Shown here piece by piece: positions 1 to 8,261 of a stretch of DNA of 61,711 bases. Source of the DNA: Elusimicrobiota bacterium (lineage in GTDB: Bacteria; CG03; SLGR01; JAGXOG01). Numbering within the stretch: the stretch's first letter is position 1; each line of letters starts with the position of its first letter. Under the pieces are notes generated by a model. It did not search any database and was not told the origin of the DNA. It worked only from the letters and a program-made list of their open reading frames with translations. The stretch spans positions 1-61,711 of the forward strand of contig JBNJDT010000007.1 in assembly GCA_051745145.1 (NCBI GenBank), written 5' to 3'. Position numbers and translations under genes: made by a program.

Positions 1-804
1 GCTGCCGGCAACGAGCGATTAAAAGAAGACTTTACCGAAAAGTTAAACGAAAAAGAAGAGTATATAGATAAATTAGAGAATACTAAAGAAGAGTTAGAGA
101 AAGAAAATGAAGAGATTCAAACTGCCCGGCAAAAGGAGATAGAAAGAGAGCAAGATAAACTCACCGGTTTACAAGAAAAGTATGAGAATTTAGCCAAAGA
201 GAAGAAAAGCCTGGCAGAAAAGTATTCCGAAAAAGAGGAAGTAATAGAAGAATTAAAGAAGGATAGAGAAGAGTTAAACGCTGAGAAAAAAGATATTACG
301 GAAAAATTTGATAAAAAAATTGCTCAGTTAAAAGATAGATTAGATAAAAAATCTGAGAAGAAAAATCAAGTAGAAGGAAAATATTCCAAAAGGCTGGCGG
401 ACAAAGAAGAGAAAATAGAGAATCTCCGGCATGCCGAAGCAAAGATAAGAGCGGAAAAACAGAATATTAAAGCAGTTCTTGCTAAAGAAAAAGAAGATAA
501 AGAAAACCGGATAGGGGAACTGGAAGATAAATTAGAGAATATATCTGAAGAAAAAATTAATTTAAAAGAAAAGTATAGAACAGATTTAAATAATAAAAAT
601 AAGAGAATCAAAAAACTGGAAAAAACTATTGAAAATTTAAAAAACAAAAAAGATACCGAAGAAAAAGAAAATAGACCTGAAGTGCAAAAGAAAAAAGAAA
701 TACCTGAAAAACCCGACTTAAATTTTGACGACAGTTTTAAAAATAAAAAAAGTGAGACTATAGATAACTTTTTATCTACTTTGGAAAATAGGGACAAAGG
801 GTAA
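1..804 (+). CDS. 5'-truncated long coiled-coil protein, probable paralogue of the 12470..16225 protein
   Basis: Frame 1 is open from base 1 (AAGNERLKEDFTEKLNEKEE...) to TAA at 802-804. It is E/K-rich with heptad character and ends ...SETIDNFLSTLENRDKG*. It is missing from the ORF track because the start lies upstream of the window. Confidence 0.85.
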   Translation, partial: AAGNERLKEDFTEKLNEKEEYIDKLENTKEELEKENEEIQTARQKEIEREQDKLTGLQEKYENLAKEKKSLAEKYSEKEEVIEELKKDREELNAEKKDITEKFDKKIAQLKDRLDKKSEKKNQVEGKYSKRLADKEEKIENLRHAEAKIRAEKQNIKAVLAKEKEDKENRIGELEDKLENISEEKINLKEKYRTDLNNKNKRIKKLEKTIENLKNKKDTEEKENRPEVQKKKEIPEKPDLNFDDSFKNKKSETIDNFLSTLENRDKG

Positions 805-928
805 ACCTAATATTCATTCCTTTAACAGTAATTCCTTTTATAAAATTCTAAATTTAATTGGTATTATAGAATTTAAAACATTTTGTGGAAATAAATTATA
901 AAATTTTTAGATTAATACGTGCAGGAAT

Positions 929-957
929 TTGCTTTTAATTATACTTTCGATTATAAT
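929..957 (+). promoter_or_regulatory. putative sigma70 promoter of the motor operon
   Basis: TTGCTT (929-934), 17 bp spacer, TATAAT (952-957), upstream of CDS 1025. The AT-rich context lowers specificity. Confidence 0.55.
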
Positions 958-1024
958 TAATAAATGAATTTTTAAAATATTATTTAGATTTAGAGAAAAA
1001 AATTTGAGCGTAATAATTTTATAG

Positions 1025-1501
1025 GTGAATAATAAGATGAAAAAAATCCTTTTAGTAGATGATAATCCTTCTATACGTAGAATAGGGAAGTTTATGCTGG
1101 AAAAAAATTATGAGGTAATAAGTAGCTCTGATGGTCAAGACGGGGTAGATACCGCTAAAAAAGAACTTCCCGACCTCATACTCATGGATGTGCAGATGCC
1201 TGAAATGAACGGTATAGAAGCTACAAAAGCGATTAAGGCCCATCCGGAAACAAAAAATATACCTGTTATCATTGTCTCTGGTCAGGGAAAAGAAACCGAG
1301 GTAATGGAGGGCATGCAGGCCGGTGTCGAAGATTATGTAGTAAAACCTTTTGATGCGGAAGATCTTAATCGTAAGATAAAAAAGTATATAGGTTCCGAAA
1401 CGCCCCCGAAAGAGCCCCAAAAAGGAAAAGGGATTAAGTTAGTTATATCTTTTATAGTTTTAGTTTTATTAGGGTTTTTTATTTTTAAATTCTTAATGTA
1501 G
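1025..1501 (+). CDS. CheY-like single receiver-domain response regulator with C-terminal transmembrane anchor
   Basis: Intact receiver motifs LLVDDN, LILMDVQMP (phospho-Asp), IIVSG, VKPF. C-terminal hydrophobic LVISFIVLVLLGFFIFKFLM. The start could be GTG 1025 or ATG 1037. Confidence 0.9.
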   Translation: MNNKMKKILLVDDNPSIRRIGKFMLEKNYEVISSSDGQDGVDTAKKELPDLILMDVQMPEMNGIEATKAIKAHPETKNIPVIIVSGQGKETEVMEGMQAGVEDYVVKPFDAEDLNRKIKKYIGSETPPKEPQKGKGIKLVISFIVLVLLGFFIFKFLM

Positions 1502-1550
1502 CTAAGTAAATATTTTAAAAGGTAAAAAAAATTAAAATCGGAGACAATAA

Positions 1551-2960
1551 ATGTTATTGACAAAAACGAGGCTTAAATCGGTATTTAAAAAAGCCGGTTG
1601 TATTTTTATGTTTTTCCCGATATTAATATTAGGGATAGCAGGAAATCTGTCTGCTCAAGATTTTATGGAGATAGAACTTGAGAGTAAATTAGAGGATAAA
1701 CTTAAAAGTAAAATTGTTACTTATTTAGGAACAGAGAATGTTATAACTAATATAAATTTTACAATAGAGCAGAAGGAATTAGAAGATATATCCGAAGAAG
1801 AAGAGAGAACTTTACTTCCCGGCATTCCGACAGAAAAAACAATTGATAGCGGTGCCAAAGCGTATCAAAGATTTATAGAAGATATGACGGTAAGTATATT
1901 TATAGGAAAAGAATTATCCCCATCAGAAGAAAATGGGCTGGTAAGTCTTATAGAGGAACTTTTCCCATTCGAAATGGAATTGGGGGAAAACCTTACCATA
2001 AATCAATATTCTCCATCCAGGGGGCTTACAGAGATAAATTTTGTAGCTATAGCAATCGGGGTTTTAAGCCTGGCGCTTATAATAATTTTTTTCGGTCCGG
2101 TTCAGTCTGTATTTTCCAGTATAGATGAAACTATTGCCAGTTTAAGTTCCTCCGAAAGTTCTTCTTCTGCTTCAACAGGCAAAGAGGGAAAAGGTATATC
2201 TACAGCTGCGGGCGGGGATAATGTCAGTGCATCTTCAGCTCCCATGCCGGCTGCCGGAGGTGAAGGAAAAGAAACTTCAGAATCCGGAGCGCGGCCGTTT
2301 AGTTTTATCGAGAAAAAAGATCTTCCGGCGCTGAAGCACATTTTAGAAAAGAAATCCACCGAGGCCACAGCTACTGTATTGTATTCGTTACCCGGTGAAT
2401 TGTCCGGTGACTTATTTTCTTCACTTTCTTCTATGAAACGAAAAAAAGTATTATCTATTTCCCGGAAAATAAGAGAGCCCAAAGATGATATAACTGATTT
2501 GGAAGAGGAAATTAAGTTTAAAGTAAATTACAGTTATGGCGGGGCGGAAAAATTATCGGAAATAGTTCAAAATACCAAACTTTCTACCAGAGAGGAAATT
2601 TTTAAATTTCTGAAAAGCAAGGATAAAAGTTTATTGGAGAAAGTTAAATCCAAAATTTTTCAATTTGAAGATCTGGTTCATTACAGTGAGAAGGATTTTA
2701 ATAATATAGCCCGCAAAGTAGGGGTTAAGAGGATAGCTACTATAATAAATAATATTCCCGGTAAAACAGGAAAACAACTTATGGATAAATTAACCCCTCA
2801 ATTGAAAGCGCTTGCTGTTGAACATTCAAAAGCTTCGCCCGATTTAAATCCAAAACAGCTGGAAAGGGAAAGGGTTCAGCTACAGGATATGTTGTTTCAG
2901 ATGGGGGAACAGGGAATAATTACAACTTTAGAAAATATTAAAGAGGGGAGCGTAGATTAA
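1551..2960 (+). CDS. fliG: FliF ring-domain (RBM3-like)-TM-FliG middle/C-terminal fusion protein
   Basis: Signal peptide (..GNLSA/QD). ELESKLEDKLKSKIVTYLGTENVITNI...LPGIP...IEDMTVSIFI...LSPSEENGLVSLIEELFPFEMELGENLTI resembles the FliF C-terminal ring motif. One TM (FVAIAIGVLSLALIIIFF). FliG motifs RPFSFI, GGAEKLSEI, IFQFEDL (MFxFEDL) and terminal MGEQGII. Confidence 0.75.
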   Translation: MLLTKTRLKSVFKKAGCIFMFFPILILGIAGNLSAQDFMEIELESKLEDKLKSKIVTYLGTENVITNINFTIEQKELEDISEEEERTLLPGIPTEKTIDSGAKAYQRFIEDMTVSIFIGKELSPSEENGLVSLIEELFPFEMELGENLTINQYSPSRGLTEINFVAIAIGVLSLALIIIFFGPVQSVFSSIDETIASLSSSESSSSASTGKEGKGISTAAGGDNVSASSAPMPAAGGEGKETSESGARPFSFIEKKDLPALKHILEKKSTEATATVLYSLPGELSGDLFSSLSSMKRKKVLSISRKIREPKDDITDLEEEIKFKVNYSYGGAEKLSEIVQNTKLSTREEIFKFLKSKDKSLLEKVKSKIFQFEDLVHYSEKDFNNIARKVGVKRIATIINNIPGKTGKQLMDKLTPQLKALAVEHSKASPDLNPKQLERERVQLQDMLFQMGEQGIITTLENIKEGSVD

Positions 2961-3722
2961 ATGGATTATATGAGTATAGCCGGTATGCTGCTGGGGCTGG
3001 GAGCTGTTTATTACACAGCCGTAACCGGAAATATATTATCTATAATATTTAATAAGGTGGCTTTTATACTTGTCTTCGGGGGAACGGTGGGAGCAACTCT
3101 TCTTACTTATCCGTGGAAAATAATAAAAAATTTACCGGGAAGTCTTATGATGATGATAAAACCCCCTGAATTCGATGAGTATTCGGAAATGATCGAGAAA
3201 ATCACTGATTTAGCTAATATAGCTATTTCCAGCGGGGTAGATGAGTTAAATACTCAGCTTGATTCTATAGATGATCCTTTTTTAAAATCTGCAGTAATAA
3301 TGCTTTTAGAGGGGATGGATGAAGAAGATATAGAAGATAACCTGGATACGGAAATAGCAGCGACTTACCAGAGGCATCAGCAGACAATAGTGGCCTGGAA
3401 GTCTATGGGATCGTATGCCCCGGTTTTTGGTCTTCTGGGAACTCTTATAGGTATTGTCCAAATTTTAAGAGATATTTCGGATCCCAGTACTATGGGAGCC
3501 AATATGGCAGTGGCAATAACAACAACTTTTTACGGAATATTTGCCGCCAATTTTATATTTTTACCGGCCGCGGGAAAACTCGAAATTTACAGCCAGGAAG
3601 AATTAACTCTGCGGGAATTACAGAAAATAGGGGTGATTTCAATAAGCAAGGGAATGCTCCCGGTGGTGATACGTAAGAAGTTGGAGAGATTTCTGGCAAA
3701 AAGCCGTAGAGAAGAAAAATGA
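2961..3722 (+). CDS. motA: MotA/PomA-family stator A subunit
   Basis: AFILVFGGTVGATL, IDDPFLKSAVIMLLEG, YAPVFGLLGTLIGIV, AVAITTTFYGIFAANFIFLPAAGKL are characteristic MotA/PomA TM motifs. Confidence 0.95.
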   Translation: MDYMSIAGMLLGLGAVYYTAVTGNILSIIFNKVAFILVFGGTVGATLLTYPWKIIKNLPGSLMMMIKPPEFDEYSEMIEKITDLANIAISSGVDELNTQLDSIDDPFLKSAVIMLLEGMDEEDIEDNLDTEIAATYQRHQQTIVAWKSMGSYAPVFGLLGTLIGIVQILRDISDPSTMGANMAVAITTTFYGIFAANFIFLPAAGKLEIYSQEELTLRELQKIGVISISKGMLPVVIRKKLERFLAKSRREEK

Positions 3723-4348
3723 AACAGAAAAAACCGGAACAGATAAAACCGGTTTGGTTAACTGTATTCAGCGATATTGTAACAAATCTAACTCTTTTTT
3801 TTCTGTGCATGTTCATTCTTCAGATAGTTTCCTCCGGACAAAAAGTCAAAGCTATGGAGGGAGTGGAAGAAAATTTTGGCGAATCGAAAGAAAAGAAAAC
3901 TGGTGAGGAAAAAGAGGAAGCTGAAGATACAGAAAGTGAATGGGTATCGCTGGATACTGAATATCAAAGCGTGAAGATGAAAGATATAATTAGAATTAGA
4001 CTTCCCAGCGATATTATTTTTGACGTGGGCCGGGCTAATTTAAGTTCTCAGGCAAAAAATTTGCTTGATGACTATGCCAGTATTTTAACTACCACAGATG
4101 CGGATATAGTTGTAGAAGGGCATACGGATAATATACCTATTTCTGGGGGAAGCCGTTATGAATCAAACTGGGAATTATCTATGATGAGAGCCTATAATGT
4201 AGCCAATTTATTGACAAAAAGATATAATATTAACCCTGCCCGGGTTATCTCTGTCGGATATAGTCATTATCAACCCCTGGCTCCTAATGATACGCCAGAA
4301 AACAGGGCAAAAAATCGCCGGGTTGATATAAAAGCCATAAGAGGATAA
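3719..4348 (+). CDS. motB: MotB-family stator B subunit, copy 1 (conserved TM Asp present)
   Basis: WLTVFSDIVTNLTLFF TM motif with the conserved Asp. OmpA-like domain VEGHTDN...SNWELSMMRA...NRAKNRRVDI. Overlaps the motA stop (ATGA). Confidence 0.93.
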   Translation: MKQKKPEQIKPVWLTVFSDIVTNLTLFFLCMFILQIVSSGQKVKAMEGVEENFGESKEKKTGEEKEEAEDTESEWVSLDTEYQSVKMKDIIRIRLPSDIIFDVGRANLSSQAKNLLDDYASILTTTDADIVVEGHTDNIPISGGSRYESNWELSMMRAYNVANLLTKRYNINPARVISVGYSHYQPLAPNDTPENRAKNRRVDIKAIRG

Positions 4349-4954
4349 ATGTCTAAATTAAAAACGAAAAAGACTCAGGCAACCGAGGAAGATTCGTGGC
4401 AGCTTATATATATAGCTCTTATGATGGTGATGATGATATTCTTTCTCATAATGTTTATGTTTTATTACATTGAGGGAGAACAGACTATGGCTAAAAATAT
4501 AAATGTAAGTGAATTGTCGGTAGAACAGGTAGAACAGATGAGACAGATAGTAGATAGAGTACAGGATTTGGATATGGGGGAACAGATCAGGCTTATTTTT
4601 GATACCCCTTTAATGTTTGAATCGGGGCGTGCTGAACTTAAAGATGAAACCCCGGGGTTGAAGAATCTGGCAGAGTTTTTAGCAAATATGGAGGGTATAT
4701 ATATTTTAATTGAAGGTCATACCGATAATGTTCCCATGGGAGCCGGAGGGAAATTTGAGAATAATAAAATGCTTTCTCAATACAGAGCTCTGAATATATT
4801 GAGATATTTTGAAGATATTGGGGTGAATTCTTCAAGATTGGTTGCTGTGGGTAAAGGCGAGTATGATCCTGTAGTTCCTAATGATACGCCTAAAAACAGG
4901 GCAAAAAACCGCCGGGTTGAAATAAAACTTTCCCGGAAGAGATTTTTTCAATGA
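4349..4954 (+). CDS. motB: MotB-like protein, copy 2 (TM Asp replaced by Ala)
   Basis: TM segment WQLIYIALMMVMMIFF. OmpA-like domain IEGHTDN...LSQYRA...NRAKNRRVEI. Confidence 0.85.
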   Translation: MSKLKTKKTQATEEDSWQLIYIALMMVMMIFFLIMFMFYYIEGEQTMAKNINVSELSVEQVEQMRQIVDRVQDLDMGEQIRLIFDTPLMFESGRAELKDETPGLKNLAEFLANMEGIYILIEGHTDNVPMGAGGKFENNKMLSQYRALNILRYFEDIGVNSSRLVAVGKGEYDPVVPNDTPKNRAKNRRVEIKLSRKRFFQ

Positions 4955-5778
4955 AATACTTTAAATATATAGTAATTATTATAAGTTTTTTAGCAGCGGG
5001 TGCTGTAGATAAAGGATTTACGTCCGATGAAGTTTTGGATTATAAATTGGAAATTGAAGTTTATCACAAAGGGGGGAACGGGGCATTAATAAATTTTCCC
5101 GTTGGCGGTAATATGCTGATAGATACCGGAAGTTCCCCGGAAATTATAGATAATATAACCCAAAATATATATAAAAAGGATAAATATTATAAATTTATGG
5201 GGACGCTGGGATGGACTCCTAGAATAGACTGGTTGATAATTAGTAATTTATCTTCGAATAGAATAGCTAACATAAGAGACGTATTGAGAAGCTTTGATAT
5301 AAAAAAAATTTATTCTTCGACTAATATACGTAAATTATACGAAGATGATACAATTGTAACACAATCAGTGGTAAGCGATTTGCTTTATGAACTGGGTTTG
5401 AAGGGACAAAGTATACGTCTGTTATCCGATGGAGATAATATAAAATTTCACCAGGGTATGGAGAATTTAGCTTGTAAAATTTTATATCCCCCTGAACCTG
5501 CTGAATCGCACAGGGACAGTAATATATGTATGAAGATTAAATATAATAGAGTTGAAATTATGTATATATCCGAGTTAACTGAAATGCAACAAAATCAACT
5601 TATAAATTCTAAAGGAGAACAGTTAACAGCCGATATACTTATTCATCCTATAGGTATAAGTTCCGAATTTTTGGGAAAAGTAGGCGCCGAAAATTATATA
5701 ACTACCGGTGAGAATAAAAAAATTATAACAGACGGGCATAGAATAACAATAACAACTTTAAGGAGCAATAATGAATAA
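4951..5778 (+). CDS. exported ComEC/Rec2-type metallo-beta-lactamase-fold protein, metal-binding motif degenerate
   Basis: N-terminal signal/anchor. GNGALINFP..NMLIDTG, IDWLIISNLSSNRI (the usual HxHxDH position), SNICMKIKY, LTADILIHP and IITDG match the ComEC MBL fold, but the His ligands are absent. Confidence 0.65.
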   Translation: MKYFKYIVIIISFLAAGAVDKGFTSDEVLDYKLEIEVYHKGGNGALINFPVGGNMLIDTGSSPEIIDNITQNIYKKDKYYKFMGTLGWTPRIDWLIISNLSSNRIANIRDVLRSFDIKKIYSSTNIRKLYEDDTIVTQSVVSDLLYELGLKGQSIRLLSDGDNIKFHQGMENLACKILYPPEPAESHRDSNICMKIKYNRVEIMYISELTEMQQNQLINSKGEQLTADILIHPIGISSEFLGKVGAENYITTGENKKIITDGHRITITTLRSNNE

Positions 5779-6469
5779 AACAATATTAATTATAACTAAT
5801 GAAGAGAATACCGATTCCACAAAAGATTTGCAGAAAAAGCTTGAAGGATATAATTTTAATATTCAAAAATCTACGAATCAAAAAGAATCTCTGAAAATTC
5901 TTGAAAATGAGAAAATTAATCTTGTTATTATAAATAAAGTACTTGAAAAAAATAAATCCTGGAAATTAGCCCAGAAGATAAAGGATATAGACAGATATTT
6001 ACCGGTTGTATATGTGACTGTATCGGAAGAAGAAAAAAATATTGATGTACCTGAAGAAGAGGCTGAACTTTTAGATAAATATACTGACGGAGTGATAAAT
6101 AAACCTTTTATACATAAGATAATATATAAAAAATTATCCAAATTACTTAGAGTGGCAAACCGTTTGAGAGATCTTAAAAAGGTTAAGGATTTCAGCATTG
6201 TAAAAATAGGAACTGCGGCCGGGTTGATGATTATAGTGTTAACTGCAATATTTTATATTTCAATTACCAAATTAAGTCAGGCTCCGGTGACTGAATATGC
6301 TAAAGTTACATTAACCGAAGTATTTCCGTCAATTCATATAATTATATTTTTACAGTGTTTACTGTTTATTATAGCTTTAGTTGCCGGGTGCGTGCTTTTT
6401 TACCGGTCTATAGATACCCGGGTAAATAGTATAGAGAATCTCGTAGTTGATATTTTACAATCCCGATGA
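5771..6469 (+). CDS. pseudo-receiver domain protein with two C-terminal TM helices
   Basis: Receiver-like fold TILIITNEE / NLVIINKVL / PVVYVT / INKPF with Asn at the phospho-Asp position. Two hydrophobic segments at about aa 145-166 and 189-211. Confidence 0.65.
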   Translation: MNKTILIITNEENTDSTKDLQKKLEGYNFNIQKSTNQKESLKILENEKINLVIINKVLEKNKSWKLAQKIKDIDRYLPVVYVTVSEEEKNIDVPEEEAELLDKYTDGVINKPFIHKIIYKKLSKLLRVANRLRDLKKVKDFSIVKIGTAAGLMIIVLTAIFYISITKLSQAPVTEYAKVTLTEVFPSIHIIIFLQCLLFIIALVAGCVLFYRSIDTRVNSIENLVVDILQSR

Positions 6470-6759
6470 GTAAAAAAAATAAATTTAAGAGTGACTTTTG
6501 CGATAAGAAAAGTTATTTTTTAATTATTAGAACTTTAGTTATTCTGGCGATTGTATTTTACGTTTTTAATTTTTTCTATATAAAAACCCTCCAGTTAGGA
6601 TTGCATTCAGAATCTCTTTTATTAAAAGGTAATGTCATTTTTATTGTCTCGATCACAATTGTAACTTTAATAACCCTTATTTTTATTGCAGTGGTTAACT
6701 ATATTATAGCTAAAAAAATAGGGACAATAATTGAAGCCGGTTTAGAAGAGTACTTATAA
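6466..6759 (+). CDS. small membrane protein (2 TM)
   Basis: ATGA overlap with the previous gene; two long hydrophobic stretches. Confidence 0.65.
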   Translation: MSKKNKFKSDFCDKKSYFLIIRTLVILAIVFYVFNFFYIKTLQLGLHSESLLLKGNVIFIVSITIVTLITLIFIAVVNYIIAKKIGTIIEAGLEEYL

Positions 6760-6885
6760 AACTGTTAGCCAGCTAAAAAATAATTTTATCAGACCGGAAT
6801 ATTTAGAATATTTAAAGAAAAATAGTATGCAAAAAGAATACATCTGTAAATTAAACCGCGTAAAAATATTACAGGAGGGAGTAAA

Positions 6886-8004
6886 ATGAAAGACATAGAT
6901 TTCAGGCTGTATACCGCGGCCAGCAACGGAGACACAGAATCGGTAAAGTCGCTGTTGGAGATCCGTGCGGACGTAAATACAACGATAGAGGGAAAGACAG
7001 CGCTTATGAGAGCGGCTATGGAAGGGCACGCCGGTACGGTAAAAACTTTAATAGATGCCGGAGCAAATCTTGAAAAAAGGGATGAGAAGGGCCGGACAGT
7101 TTTAATGAGAGAGGCAAAGAGGGGGAATGCGGATATAAGCCGGCTGTTAATAGAAGGAGGAGCAAACGTCAATGTAAAAGAAAACGGGACAACTGCCCTG
7201 ATGGAAGCCGCCGGTCGGGGACATCGCTATACATTAAAAACCCTTATAAAAGCAGAAGCAAAATTAGAAGAAAAAGATGAAAACGGGTGGACGGCTCTTC
7301 AAAGAGAAGCCAGGAGGGGAAATACCCGGATAGTGGATATGCTTATAGAGGCCGGGGCCAAGGTAAATGTATCGGATTCTAAGGGGGTGACCCCGCTTAT
7401 AAGTGCCTCGCACGAAGGGCACATAGAGACGGTAAAAAGCCTGCTGGACGGGGGAGCGAAGATAGATAAAAAGATAAGTAAAGGGGGAACGGCCTTGATG
7501 GCCGCGGCGTTTAGAGGGCATACGGATATAGTGAGACTGCTTTTAGCCCGGGGGGCGGATGTAAGTATAGAGAACGAAAAAGGGTGGACGGCGCTGAAGA
7601 TGGCTAAAAATCAGGGGCATACGGTAATAGAGTATATATTAAAAGAGGCCGGCGGGTCAGATAATGATTTTAACAGACCGCCGCTGATATGGGCAGTAAT
7701 AAGAGAGAATAGCGAGAAAGTAAAAGAGCTGTTAGAATCGGGAGCCAGGGTGGAAGAAGAAGATGACCGGGGATGGGATGCATTGATGTACGCCATGGAG
7801 GCGGGAAATACCAAGATAGTATCGCTTTTAAAAGAGGCGGGAGCCTCCCTGGATGAAGAAAAGATAAACGAGGTAAAATTAAAAAAGAGCTTATCTGAAT
7901 TGCGCACGGCAGTAACTATGTACTATGAAGTAGAAGGGAATCCGCCAGAGAACCTGGAAGATCTGGTGCCCGAGTATATAGGAAAGTTGCCCGAAGGGGA
8001 CTGG
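6886..8004 (+). repeat. 1,119-bp direct repeat, copy 1 (matches 16266..17384)
   Basis: Sequence appears identical from ATG 6886 to ...GGGGACTGG 8004, offset 9,380 bp. Translations and the antisense shadow ORFs of both copies are identical over this span. Confidence 0.95.
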
Positions 8005-8058
8005 GAGTATGATCCGGAAAATCTGGAAGTTATTACTAAGGATGCCCCTGATTTGTAA
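6886..8058 (+). CDS. ankyrin-repeat protein with C-terminal pseudopilin (GspG-like) domain, copy 1
   Basis: RBS AGGAGG. About 9 ankyrin repeats (GKTALMRAA, GTTALMEAA, GVTPLISAS, GWTALKMA...). C-terminal LSELRTAVTMYYEVEGNPPENLEDLVPEYIGKLP. Confidence 0.9.
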   Translation: MKDIDFRLYTAASNGDTESVKSLLEIRADVNTTIEGKTALMRAAMEGHAGTVKTLIDAGANLEKRDEKGRTVLMREAKRGNADISRLLIEGGANVNVKENGTTALMEAAGRGHRYTLKTLIKAEAKLEEKDENGWTALQREARRGNTRIVDMLIEAGAKVNVSDSKGVTPLISASHEGHIETVKSLLDGGAKIDKKISKGGTALMAAAFRGHTDIVRLLLARGADVSIENEKGWTALKMAKNQGHTVIEYILKEAGGSDNDFNRPPLIWAVIRENSEKVKELLESGARVEEEDDRGWDALMYAMEAGNTKIVSLLKEAGASLDEEKINEVKLKKSLSELRTAVTMYYEVEGNPPENLEDLVPEYIGKLPEGDWEYDPENLEVITKDAPDL

Positions 8059-8183
8059 AATAGTTTCTATATAAACGTACCCCCTAATTTTTTTCAGTAC
8101 TTTATTTTATTGAATAATAGATAGATAAAAATAGAAGTAAATTTTATATATATTAAAAAAAAATTTGGAAAAAGTGGGGGTTA

Positions 8184-8212
8184 TTGATAGTATTACATTG
8201 AATGTATATAAT
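8184..8212 (+). promoter_or_regulatory. putative sigma70 promoter of the first cargo/barrel pair
   Basis: TTGATA (8184-8189), 17 bp spacer, TATAAT (8207-8212). Confidence 0.6.
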
Positions 8213-8261
8213 CTTTTAATAAAGTTATTTGAGTTTAATAATATTTATCAGGAAAAAAATA

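Noticed and set aside
2961..4954. Zorya (ZorAB) anti-phage system
   Set aside because: MotA is 253 aa with no long ZorA cytoplasmic tail, no zorC/D/E is nearby, and a FliG-like gene is directly upstream.
1551..4954. Ordinary flagellar motor operon
   Set aside because: FliG is fused to a signal peptide, ring domain and TM; its EHPQ and torque motifs are degenerate; there are two motB genes; and no other flagellar gene is in the window. The rest of the genome cannot be seen, so this is not fully excluded.
6886..8004. Insertion sequence or composite transposon formed by the duplicated 1.1-kb segment
   Set aside because: The repeat is an ankyrin coding sequence with no transposase, terminal inverted repeats or target-site duplication.
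8005..8058. Diversity-generating retroelement (TR/VR pair) explaining the divergent ankyrin tails
   Set aside because: Differences between the two tails include G/C and C/T changes and are not adenine-specific. No reverse transcriptase gene is in the window.
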